Of a stretch of 64,000 nucleotides of DNA, positions 33,418 to 42,517 are shown piece by piece (within the stretch, counting starts at the first letter, position 1; the number at the start of each line of letters is the position of its first letter). The DNA comes from a virus, in the IMG/VR virus record IMGVR_UViG_3300047551_001153, positions 13,600 to 77,599 of that record, one strand, 5' to 3'. The translations under genes were made by a program, and so were the position numbers. Below the pieces are notes generated by a model, which saw nothing but the letters and a program-made list of their open reading frames with translations, did no database searches and was not told the origin of the DNA.

Positions 33418-35122
33418 ATGCCATCTTACTGAAGTTGCCCTTCTTGACAACTTGGATATGCCTCTGGAACTTGTCCTGAAGCACTTCCTTGGACTTGTGG
33501 CTGATGACGAAGACATTCACCCCGCCGCCCTTCATGCTGTTGAGAATCTCAAGGAAGGCTTCGGTGGATGTATCATCAAGCGACCCGTCAAGCACCTCGT
33601 CCAGAATGAGAAGGTTCGTGGACAGGCTGTTCTTGACTTCGGCCATAGACCGCCATGCGAAGAGCAGGGCAAGGTCAATCTTACGCTTCTCTCCTTCGCT
33701 GAAGGATGCGTAGGTGAAGATGTCCCGATGGCGGGACTTGATGGTCTCGTTGAACTCATCGTCCAGTTGGAAGTTGACAAAGAAGTTCATCATGCTGAGA
33801 TACTTGTTGATGATGAGATTGATGACTGGGATGTAGTTCTTGATGATTTTTTTCTTGATGCCGCCGTCACGAAGCAGGACGCTTGCGAGATTCATGTAGT
33901 GTTGCTCCTCCACAAGTTCCTTCTTGGAGTCAACCGCTTCGCTCTCCTCGTTGAGATATGTCTGGAGCGTATCCTCTTCCTTGCGAAGTTTCTCCGTGTC
34001 AACGCCACGACTGCGAACCTTGCCGATGTACTCGTTCAGGTTCTCAATGTCATTGGTCTTGTTGGTCACGAGTGCCTGAAGACTGGCGACTTCATGAAGG
34101 ATGTCGGTGATTGCGTCATATCGGTCTTCGGCTTCCTTGAACTTCGCCGTCAGTTCCGACAAGGCGGTCTCTAACTCGTTCTTTCGGTTGGACTTTGACT
34201 CAATCGTCGCCTTCTTAAACTCGTCAGCAATCGCCTGTTGGCAGGAAGGACACTTATCATTCTTAGTGTAAAACTCAACCTCCTTGCGAATGGACGATAT
34301 TTTCTTCTCAATCTGGGCCTTGAGTTCAAAGCACTTCTCCTTCTGCTTCTGGACGGTTTTCTTATCGGACACGGATGAAACCATGGTGTCTATGCGGGTC
34401 ACGAGGTCTGAGATTTCCGTCTGGATTTTGGCGATGGATTCAGAGGTCTTTTGAACTTCCGTCTCCTCCCACTCCCTGTCCTTCTGAGAACGATTGCGCT
34501 CGTCCTCAATGACCTTCTTCTGGCTTCGGACTCGCTCCTTGGCCACGGCGAGTTGGGTGTCCGTTTGGGCCATCTCCTCCTTGGTCTGACTGGCACGCTC
34601 CTTGAGAAGGGTGTTCATGATGGAGAACACGCCGATGTCCAGAACGCTTTCCACGATGGTTCGGCGTTCGGCGGCTGGTAGGCGCATGAACGGGACATAG
34701 TTGGCCGAGCCGAGGATGACCACCTGACAGAACGCACGGAAGTTCATGCGAAGGATTTGCTCCTCCAGAAACTTCTGGCCGTCCTTGGCCTTGGCCTCTT
34801 GGTCAAGGAACTTTCCGTCCTTCCAGATTTCAAAGACCTTGGGAGCCTGCCCACGCACGACCTTGTACTCATGCTTGCCGTCCGAGAACTCAATCTCAAC
34901 CACGCAGTCCTTCTCGTTGACCGTATTGACCAACTGAGGAAGATTGATGGCACGGTAGGGCTTGTTGAACAGGACGAAGGTCAGAGCATCCAATACGGTA
35001 CTCTTACCCGCCCCGTTCTCGCCGCTGATGAGGGTTGTATAGGTGTCGCACAGGGAGACCTCGTTGAAGGTGTTGCCTGTGGACAAGAAGTTTTTCCAAC
35101 GGATTTTTGTGAATGTAATCAT
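33416..35122 (-). CDS. gp46: Recombination endonuclease ATPase subunit (Rad50/SbcC-like)
   Basis: Start MITFTKIRWKNFLSTGN; Walker A 'GENGAGKST', zinc hook 'CPSCQQ', signature 'FSEGEK', Walker B 'LLILDE'. Confidence 0.96.
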   Translation of the reverse strand: MITFTKIRWKNFLSTGNTFNEVSLCDTYTTLISGENGAGKSTVLDALTFVLFNKPYRAINLPQLVNTVNEKDCVVEIEFSDGKHEYKVVRGQAPKVFEIWKDGKFLDQEAKAKDGQKFLEEQILRMNFRAFCQVVILGSANYVPFMRLPAAERRTIVESVLDIGVFSIMNTLLKERASQTKEEMAQTDTQLAVAKERVRSQKKVIEDERNRSQKDREWEETEVQKTSESIAKIQTEISDLVTRIDTMVSSVSDKKTVQKQKEKCFELKAQIEKKISSIRKEVEFYTKNDKCPSCQQAIADEFKKATIESKSNRKNELETALSELTAKFKEAEDRYDAITDILHEVASLQALVTNKTNDIENLNEYIGKVRSRGVDTEKLRKEEDTLQTYLNEESEAVDSKKELVEEQHYMNLASVLLRDGGIKKKIIKNYIPVINLIINKYLSMMNFFVNFQLDDEFNETIKSRHRDIFTYASFSEGEKRKIDLALLFAWRSMAEVKNSLSTNLLILDEVLDGSLDDTSTEAFLEILNSMKGGGVNVFVISHKSKEVLQDKFQRHIQVVKKGNFSKMA

Positions 35123-35129
35123 AATGAAA

Positions 35130-35183
35130 TCGTCCGATGTACACCGATTGGGGTCAGTATACATCGGACGAAATTTTTGTCAA
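35130..35183 (-). promoter_or_regulatory. Promoter TTGACA-N16-TATACT (35183-35156) overlapped by an 18-bp RNA hairpin ending 7 nt before the gp46 AUG
   Basis: UCGUCCGAUGUAUACUGA-CCCCAA-UCGGUGUACAUCGGACGA with two G-U pairs that form only on the minus strand. Confidence 0.8.
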
Positions 35184-35191
35184 GAGGTTCT

Positions 35192-35305
35192 TTACTGCTT
35201 GTTCCAAGGGAGTTTCGCCGATGCCCACTTCCATGCGGGACCGCCGATCAACGCACCTGCGACAAACATGAGAACGCTCCACCAGACTACGCTAAGACCA
35301 AACAT
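35192..35305 (-). CDS. 37-aa single-TM membrane peptide (below the ORF-track cutoff)
   Basis: MFGLSVVWWSVLMFVAGALIGGPAWKWASAKLPWNKQ*; strong SD AAAGGAG 5 nt before the ATG. Confidence 0.8.
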   Translation of the reverse strand: MFGLSVVWWSVLMFVAGALIGGPAWKWASAKLPWNKQ

Positions 35306-35317
35306 AAATGCTCCTTT

Positions 35318-38300
35318 CTATCGAGTTAGAATATTATATGTTATATCTACGGCTGATGTTGGAACATATCTGTGGTTTCTAAAGAACTGATCTGCACCAT
35401 TCATCAACTTGATCTTATTTATAGTGTGAATATCCATTCTTCGATTTATTTCAGGAAATGATGCTCTGTTTATTTGCTGATTGTTTTCATTGTATAAACT
35501 ATTATAATATCTCCAATTTTGTGAAACTTTAGCGAGTGGCCTGATTGGATAGTCATTTCTCGTATAAAAGAATCTTTCAATATCCGCTACGGTTGTGATT
35601 CCTTGCGGGAATTCATTTACACCAAAGAATATATTCATCAATTCACCCTTATCTTGATTCGGAATCTCAGAACTCAGCAAAAACTCGGGAATGGTTCTGG
35701 TAGTGAGACTCATCGAATATTTCGGCCCACTTATATTGTTACTAATCGGAATATCCGTTCCAAATTGCGCCCTACAAGGCATAGGCGAATTTCCTAAACT
35801 TATTCTTCTATATTGACAATTAAGCGGTGGTATAGGTATTCCTGTATTTGAACACACGCAAGCAGTTGCTCCAAATGATCGCTCAAGGTTCGTTATCGTA
35901 TCGTCTGGTATTTCTATACATTTTGATACAAATGAGGTTTCTTGTACATTTACAAGGCCAGCGGCTCCTCTATCACGAACAACCTGAGTTTGCGATACAT
36001 CTCCAATAAAATTTGATCTGGATGAACACCCGCATCTACCGCCACTATACGATATTGCGGAAGGTCTTCTTGATGATGGAACGGGTGGTCCGCCCAATCC
36101 AACTTCACTTCTGAATACACAACCGTTTGAACTTAGGCATTGATCACTACAGCATCCATTAAACATATTTCTTTTGATTTTGTGCGAATAAATCTTGAGG
36201 GGAACACCAACTTGACAAGTACAATCGGAACTCTCCCAAAGTATAGTGTCAATCGAAAAACACTCAAGGTGCGGAATAACTCCGCAATCGGAGCAATTTT
36301 GAGCGCATCTATCAAAATAAATGTCTGAAACAGCCGTAATTTTTATTGAATATAAAACACCGACCACGATAGTTGTGCCGTCATTTTTCACTACTTCTGA
36401 AATTATGAAAAGATCATTTACATTTACATCATTTGTACTTGACACAGAACCTGGTGTGGGAATGACACCATTTACAAACACATTTAGGTGTCCCTCTTGT
36501 ATTGAACCTCTCGGCGGAAGCGGTGAATATCCCGTGGGATGAACTGTGTATATAATTTGAGCCTGAGTTGATGGATCATAAACTTTTATATATTTTACAT
36601 CATCAAAAAAGTCCGAAATGCTTGCTCCTTCAATGCGAAGTCTTAATCTCAATCCAAAATCAGCATACCATTCTCCACCAGCACGAATACAATCGCATTT
36701 TCCAACTATAACGGAAGAGCAGATATTGTTGATATAACAAGAGCCAGCCAAAGTATCATCCGCCAGACACTCCTCGCAAGTAGACACCCGAGTTCCACCC
36801 ATTCTTTCACATTGCGCTCTCTGTACAATTGAGCAAGACCCACGGCACTGGGTTCCCTCTGGAGACGGCAAACAGCAAAGAACGGGGACATAATCACAGC
36901 AATTGTCAGCCAATGGGCTAAAGTCCGATAGTGTTGGAGGTGTGTCTTCCTGTCCTACACATTGGTACGAATTGTTCCAACGATTTGAAAGAACAAGTTC
37001 TGCCCCACTCACTCCCACACAGTTTCCATTAGAATTAAACATCAGAGTTTGATTTGAAGATCCAATCGGAACACTCTCAGAAAGGAATCTCATATAATCA
37101 GAAGCGTAAGTTTTCGAGTAAAATTCGTGTTGTTTATAGAGTTCAGATTCGGTTGGAAATAAATCATTTCCAGTAATAGTCATGGTTCTGATTTTAACAT
37201 TTAATCCAGAAATATCTTCATCAGTGATTCGTGGCGGCTCTTCGAAAACAGTTGGTATATCAAGAAGGCGTGGAACAGATAATTTTGTCAGGCTACTACC
37301 AGTTACGGGCGGATTGTAAAACAAATCAAATTCAGGATTTCTTACTATTGTAAAATCCCATTTACTGTTTGGACCTATCGGACCCGTGATGCTGATTTTA
37401 CCATCCAAAATAATTTGATCACGAATATTCACATCTCGCTTAAACTTGAACAGCGATATGTAAGAAGTTTCTCCACCATATGAAACACCTGCAATTCTTC
37501 CGATATTATCAGGGTTTGCGAATCCGCCAGATGTTGTATTGTAGTAATAAAATGTCAGTCCTACACTTGGGAATCCTTCTCCAGTATTACCTGTCACTCC
37601 AACTACAACACCCTCAGTATATGGACTGATCGTCAAAGTGCCACCCGTGAGTCTTTGATCTGGTTGTTTCCACCTCAATATTTCATAATTTGCCGTTTCT
37701 CCTGATCCTTTGACCATGACATATTTGTGTTCATTGAATGTATCCGTTGTAAGCCCGTTTCCCGAAACTGAAAGGACTACAATCTTATTCTGATCATATT
37801 CGAAAGAAATCGGTTGGTATTGAGCGTATGAATTATTTGACCAAATTGGTAAATTTTCGCTGGGCGGAGTTCCAAAAGACTCTCTTCCTATAAAGTTTCT
37901 CGATCTTCTTTGCAAATACTCCAAATTCCCCGACGATTGATCAGATGAAAATGCCGCAGTCAAAGCGAAAGGAATTTGATCCAAATAAACAAAACCATCG
38001 CAACCGTATATTGTGTTTATGGGAGTATTTGATAAGTACGGGCTTGCCGCAGGTTCAATCATCCCGCCCTTGAACATGGCTTCTGAAATAAACTTGTCTG
38101 TTGCATATGACTTATTACCAGTATAACCATCCAAGAAGGAAACTATGGAAGAGGTTCTGCTGTCCTCTATTTTTTTACCTCTGAGGAATCTTCCCGTTGG
38201 GTCATCATAGAACCCGATAAATCGAGATCGGTACATATTGTTCACAAGGGGAAGAACTTCTTTTCTTTCCGAGCCATTATTGATCACATCATTGTCAGCA

Positions 38301-39169
38301 TATACTTTTGACAACCTGATCAAATCTTCGGTATGATTTCTCTTGCTTTCAATCGAATACCATTCTCTCGATTCTCCCTCATGGTCATACAATGGATTGA
38401 TGTCTGGACAAATCCAACCCGATTTTTCCAAAATTGTAGATACGCTGTCGGTGAAATTGGATAAATGCCAGTCCTTCAAATCCTGCGGAGCGTTTGCCCA
38501 ACTATACATTACCTCATCCAGATTTCCTATCTTGGGATGATTGTTGTCCCAATAGTTTGTGGACCCTACTCCTGTATTTGTTCCATAGCCACCCTCAGAC
38601 ATAACCTGAGAAAATTGCCAAGTGAAAAAATCGTTTGTTTCTGGTGCGTAAATGACTGTCTGAGGAATGTAGGGAAGTCCCGCAAAACTAAATTTGATTT
38701 TTGGGAATGTGTTGTTCAAATGTTCAAGCATCGCTGTGGCGGCTGAGACCGTCTGCGTAAATATAGTCGAACTCTTGTTTGATTGTCCGATAATACCATC
38801 ACCCGTGATGATATTCCATGAGGGAGATCCTCTAAAGTCCAACAATATTTTGCCTGATATCTCATTATCAAAAACATAATTTGTGGCAATATAATCAGAG
38901 AAGTCGGTAAGACCAGTTTCTTCCATTCCCGTCATACTTGGACTTTGCCAAAATACGGGGATATATGCAACCAAGTTATCAGTACCGCTTGAGGGAGTTC
39001 CGTCAGATGGTGTTTCCTGAACTCTGTAATCAAAAATATCGTTCAACTGATCGCCGTGTGTATTTCCATAATTCGGAAACGGATTGGGATATGTATTTCC
39101 ATTCTTTGCCGTATATTCTTCAGTAAAGGATGGGAGTGCATTGAATAATTTGAAATATTTTATTGGCAT
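35318..39169 (-). CDS. Large multidomain protein: possible TIM-barrel (glycoside hydrolase-like) N-domain, fibre-shared module, Cys-rich repeats
   Basis: ~1283-aa ORF; start MPIKYF 8 nt after ATAAATA; shares a ~90-aa module with the 8304-13160 fibre. Function is inferred. Confidence 0.6.
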   Translation of the reverse strand: MPIKYFKLFNALPSFTEEYTAKNGNTYPNPFPNYGNTHGDQLNDIFDYRVQETPSDGTPSSGTDNLVAYIPVFWQSPSMTGMEETGLTDFSDYIATNYVFDNEISGKILLDFRGSPSWNIITGDGIIGQSNKSSTIFTQTVSAATAMLEHLNNTFPKIKFSFAGLPYIPQTVIYAPETNDFFTWQFSQVMSEGGYGTNTGVGSTNYWDNNHPKIGNLDEVMYSWANAPQDLKDWHLSNFTDSVSTILEKSGWICPDINPLYDHEGESREWYSIESKRNHTEDLIRLSKVYADNDVINNGSERKEVLPLVNNMYRSRFIGFYDDPTGRFLRGKKIEDSRTSSIVSFLDGYTGNKSYATDKFISEAMFKGGMIEPAASPYLSNTPINTIYGCDGFVYLDQIPFALTAAFSSDQSSGNLEYLQRRSRNFIGRESFGTPPSENLPIWSNNSYAQYQPISFEYDQNKIVVLSVSGNGLTTDTFNEHKYVMVKGSGETANYEILRWKQPDQRLTGGTLTISPYTEGVVVGVTGNTGEGFPSVGLTFYYYNTTSGGFANPDNIGRIAGVSYGGETSYISLFKFKRDVNIRDQIILDGKISITGPIGPNSKWDFTIVRNPEFDLFYNPPVTGSSLTKLSVPRLLDIPTVFEEPPRITDEDISGLNVKIRTMTITGNDLFPTESELYKQHEFYSKTYASDYMRFLSESVPIGSSNQTLMFNSNGNCVGVSGAELVLSNRWNNSYQCVGQEDTPPTLSDFSPLADNCCDYVPVLCCLPSPEGTQCRGSCSIVQRAQCERMGGTRVSTCEECLADDTLAGSCYINNICSSVIVGKCDCIRAGGEWYADFGLRLRLRIEGASISDFFDDVKYIKVYDPSTQAQIIYTVHPTGYSPLPPRGSIQEGHLNVFVNGVIPTPGSVSSTNDVNVNDLFIISEVVKNDGTTIVVGVLYSIKITAVSDIYFDRCAQNCSDCGVIPHLECFSIDTILWESSDCTCQVGVPLKIYSHKIKRNMFNGCCSDQCLSSNGCVFRSEVGLGGPPVPSSRRPSAISYSGGRCGCSSRSNFIGDVSQTQVVRDRGAAGLVNVQETSFVSKCIEIPDDTITNLERSFGATACVCSNTGIPIPPLNCQYRRISLGNSPMPCRAQFGTDIPISNNISGPKYSMSLTTRTIPEFLLSSEIPNQDKGELMNIFFGVNEFPQGITTVADIERFFYTRNDYPIRPLAKVSQNWRYYNSLYNENNQQINRASFPEINRRMDIHTINKIKLMNGADQFFRNHRYVPTSAVDITYNILTR

Positions 39170-39183
39170 GGCTTGCTTATTTA

Positions 39184-39777
39184 TCAGATACAACCAGAAA
39201 GAATATCTTCAACTGATTTTGGCATGAATTTATGTGATTGCGCTCGGAAAGAGGTGGGCATTTTTCTCAAAACCGAACTCGCATATGGATTCTTGCGAAA
39301 GTTTCTTATTTTTTGCTTTTCCATAAAATGGTACATATAGACATTGCAGTTTGCTTCTTGGGCATACCTTTCCATGTCGAAGTCTATTCCATGTTCAATC
39401 ATGAGTGAAACGGTAATCTTTTCGCACTCCCGTTCCATGGCTCTATATGTCTCAAAGGCCCGTTTGACTTTTGCCGATGAACACTTCTTCCCTCTTGTCC
39501 AGTCCTCAACGACCTCGGCATAATTGTTCAGAGGGCCGAAGCATTTGCGGTACAGGGGAGATCCGACTTTCCATTGAATGAAGTGGGAAAACTCGTGCGC
39601 CAAAACTTCAATCCATCTTGGATTTTTTAATGCTACACATACCTCTTCATCGGTGAAATATCCAAGGCATTTATAACCATCACCAACTAACCAATTTACT
39701 TTTTTCAAACGAAGTCTTATTCCTTCTTCTTTCAAAGAGGATCTGACAAGAGAAATAAATTTCTTCTTATTGTTCAT
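39184..39777 (-). CDS. Hypothetical protein with HExxH zinc-metallopeptidase motif
   Basis: 'EVLAHEFSHFIQW' and a downstream 'MEREC'. Confidence 0.6.
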   Translation of the reverse strand: MNNKKKFISLVRSSLKEEGIRLRLKKVNWLVGDGYKCLGYFTDEEVCVALKNPRWIEVLAHEFSHFIQWKVGSPLYRKCFGPLNNYAEVVEDWTRGKKCSSAKVKRAFETYRAMERECEKITVSLMIEHGIDFDMERYAQEANCNVYMYHFMEKQKIRNFRKNPYASSVLRKMPTSFRAQSHKFMPKSVEDILSGCI

Positions 39778-40073
39778 TTGAGTCTGGCAATTTCGTGTCC
39801 GTCGATCTTAAACACTAAAATTCCATTACCCAACATCTCTTTAATTCTGGTGTAAAGTGGGTCGAATCTGACCTGAGAAGGAAGATTCATATACAACTTC
39901 TTTACAAACTCAACCTCATTTTTGCCTTTTTTACAACTGCATACATTCGGATCTTTTAAGAAGTTGGCTTTTGCATAGAAAACCGCAATAGGCCCGTCTT
40001 TCTCGGGATCAACTGATTGACCAGAAAGACGATAGTACAAATCATCAACGCCTTCAATTACAATTTCAATCAT
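39774..40073 (-). CDS. Hypothetical protein (CxC)
   Basis: Overlap-coupled to both neighbours. Confidence 0.6.
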   Translation of the reverse strand: MIEIVIEGVDDLYYRLSGQSVDPEKDGPIAVFYAKANFLKDPNVCSCKKGKNEVEFVKKLYMNLPSQVRFDPLYTRIKEMLGNGILVFKIDGHEIARLK

Positions 40074-40431
40074 GGCTCACCATCCAGTTGTTGACTTTTT
40101 TGAAACCCGAGCAAATCAATTGCCCGCCAAAATATACTGCGGGCAACCAAAAAATTTCACCAATAATATATGATGAAATAAGTGCCAACCAAAATCCAAA
40201 GCAATATCTACAACTAAACAATTTAACAAAGAAACCGCTATACTTTGTTTCCATGTATTCCGAATATTGAACACTGTATCCATTCTTCAGAGCGTTCTTG
40301 TATTCATCAATTTTTGTAAAATAATTCAGGGGTTTTAAAACAGGGAGACTCAAGTATGAAAAGACGGCACTGGTCTCGTATAGCAGGAAGAGAGCCAGTG
40401 CCGTCCAGATTGTCGCAACGAGAATATCCAT
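40066..40431 (-). CDS. Small membrane protein with CxxC (DUF1360-like)
   Basis: Hydrophobic helices; 'KLFSCRYCFGFW'; SD AAGGAG and CTAAATA (40451-40457) upstream. Confidence 0.6.
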   Translation of the reverse strand: MDILVATIWTALALFLLYETSAVFSYLSLPVLKPLNYFTKIDEYKNALKNGYSVQYSEYMETKYSGFFVKLFSCRYCFGFWLALISSYIIGEIFWLPAVYFGGQLICSGFKKVNNWMVSHD

Positions 40432-40464
40432 GATATAGACTCCTTGCGTGTATTTAGTCGCCTA

Positions 40465-42423
40465 TCAAACCCTTACAGGCGGAGATTTGCGTTCAGGCTC
40501 CGAGGTCAGGTCAACCACCTCACAGACATTACCACTACAGGCATAGGTCTGAGAACCGACAGTCTTGTCCTCCTTCTCATAGTTGGACAGGAGCGACCAG
40601 TCAACCGTCTTGGGCATCTTCTCAAGGAACGCCTCGTACTCCTCTTTCGTGCAGTCCTGATATGGGGCCTGCTTGTAGGTATGGTCCGAATGAGGCAGGA
40701 AGGAAACGCCCGAAACCTCGTCAAAGTGCTTGTAGACCCATGCACCGACCTCCATCCACTCATGCTCCCGAACGGTGATGGTGATGGACGGCTTGTGTTC
40801 GCACCAGTGACGCTGATAGGTCAGCCACAGGTCAAGATGTTGGGTAGCCGTAAGGTCATTACGGGTGATGGCATGGTCAGGGGACTTCATCGGGAACGAG
40901 AAGACCGTGGTATGCTCAGGACGCATGACACACAGTTCGTGGGGGAATCCCGCCTCCTTCATCATCTGGCAGAGAGGGTCTTTGTTATCGGCTCTTACCG
41001 TACGGATGTAGTACGGGTTGTGACGGGCGTGCATACCCGAGGCCGCATCCGTCAACTGGGACACCGTTCCCGAGGGCTTGACACAGGTGATGGCGGCGGC
41101 AGGGTTGATGCCCAAACGCTTCGCCCATTCCTTATTGGTCTCCACGGCATGGGCCTTGAGATGCTCAAGGACATTCGCAAGTTCATGATGTTCCCCGTGA
41201 ATGGTTCGCATCATGGTGTTATCCAACTGGCCTGTCATGGACACGCCGAGCAAAGCCTCCTCGTTGCAGTTCTTAGACCACTCCGATGAGATGTACTGGA
41301 ACTTGGTCAGACTGGCCTGCATCGTTCCAAGGATGGTGGCAAGGCGAACCTTGCGCTTGAGAGTGTCAACATTGTCATCAGGACGAACGACCACTTCGGT
41401 CAGGTTGCAGAACTCACGGTCACGGAGAATAATCTCCGAACAGGGATTACAACCGAAGTCTTGGTTGGGGTCACGGCGGTCACCCAACTTCGCCACGGTC
41501 TTCTTGGCGGCATCACGATTGAAGATGCCACGCTCGCCCGACTTGCTGTCATAGAGCGAGAGCCACTCCTTCATGAACACACCGATGTCGGGCTTTTCAT
41601 GATAAGCCACCGAGTTGTTGGCAAGGGCACGCTGAGGATTGGCCTCCCACCAAGCACCTGACTTGGCATCACGCATCCGAACATCGTTCAGGTCTGACAG
41701 GGAGATGAGAGCCGAGCGACGAACGCCGCCGACCACCACAATCTCAGCCGTCTTACACACGATGTCATGACACTCCACCGTGGTCAGTTTGCGACCTGCG
41801 GCTCTACGGAAGGTTTCAACCGTGAATTTGAACAGGTCATCAAGGGGAGCGGGGCCAGAGGCACGACCGCCGAAGGTCTTCAGGCGTGCGCCTGCGGGAC
41901 GAACCTTGCTCAAGTCCCACTTCGGAATCTGTCCTGCTACCAAAAGGCTAACGAGTTCACGGAAGGCTCTCGCCCAACCCGCCTTGGAGTCGGCAACGAC
42001 GATGACCGTATCGCTGTCGGAGAACTCCTCCGAGATGGTCGGGAGTTTCTCCACGAACTTCTGCTCAACGCTGAAGCCCACGCCCGTGCCACACATGAGG
42101 ATGTAGAGGATTTCGTCAAAGGCACGAAGGCGATTGATGTGGACATAGGCGCAGTTGTAGCCCGCCACATTCTCACGCTCAAGAGCCTCGCCTGCCGTCA
42201 TGAGGCATCGCATGGAAGGAAGAACCTCAAGGTTCAGGACGGCCTGACGGAGTTCCTCACGCTCGCTCGCCTTCAGTTTTGACTTCGTATTCTCACCGAG
42301 GTGTTTATCAAAGAAGTCAAAATAGCGGTTCACGGTCTCTTCCCAAGTTTCTCTGCGACCTTCGTTCTCAAGCCAACGGGAGTAACGGGAGAGGTGAATG
42401 AACTCGCTATAAAGGCTACGCAT
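40465..42423 (-). CDS. nrdJ: Class II (adenosylcobalamin-dependent) ribonucleotide reductase, monomeric RTPR type
   Basis: 'PSMR.LMTAG', 'YNCAY', 'GTGVGFSVE', 'VVVGGVRRSALISL', 'NPCSEI.L...FCNLTE', 'TCVKPSGTVSQL', C-terminal 'ACSGNVCE'; SD AGAAAGGA before ATG 42423. Confidence 0.93.
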   Translation of the reverse strand: MRSLYSEFIHLSRYSRWLENEGRRETWEETVNRYFDFFDKHLGENTKSKLKASEREELRQAVLNLEVLPSMRCLMTAGEALERENVAGYNCAYVHINRLRAFDEILYILMCGTGVGFSVEQKFVEKLPTISEEFSDSDTVIVVADSKAGWARAFRELVSLLVAGQIPKWDLSKVRPAGARLKTFGGRASGPAPLDDLFKFTVETFRRAAGRKLTTVECHDIVCKTAEIVVVGGVRRSALISLSDLNDVRMRDAKSGAWWEANPQRALANNSVAYHEKPDIGVFMKEWLSLYDSKSGERGIFNRDAAKKTVAKLGDRRDPNQDFGCNPCSEIILRDREFCNLTEVVVRPDDNVDTLKRKVRLATILGTMQASLTKFQYISSEWSKNCNEEALLGVSMTGQLDNTMMRTIHGEHHELANVLEHLKAHAVETNKEWAKRLGINPAAAITCVKPSGTVSQLTDAASGMHARHNPYYIRTVRADNKDPLCQMMKEAGFPHELCVMRPEHTTVFSFPMKSPDHAITRNDLTATQHLDLWLTYQRHWCEHKPSITITVREHEWMEVGAWVYKHFDEVSGVSFLPHSDHTYKQAPYQDCTKEEYEAFLEKMPKTVDWSLLSNYEKEDKTVGSQTYACSGNVCEVVDLTSEPERKSPPVRV

Positions 42424-42517
42424 ACAAATCCTTTCTTGTTGTCTAATCGTGGGGTTATTTAGAGGCCATAATACCCATGGGACAGCGAAAAGCAATACGA
42501 TTGTTTGCTATTCGCAA

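Noticed and set aside
40444-42282. Long plus-strand ORFs antisense to nrdJ (likewise 33452-34174, 1215-1931, 7160-7747, 53055-53651, 50390-50983)
   Set aside because: Shadow frames from C/G-ending codon bias or collagen periodicity; no SD, promoter or recognisable motifs.
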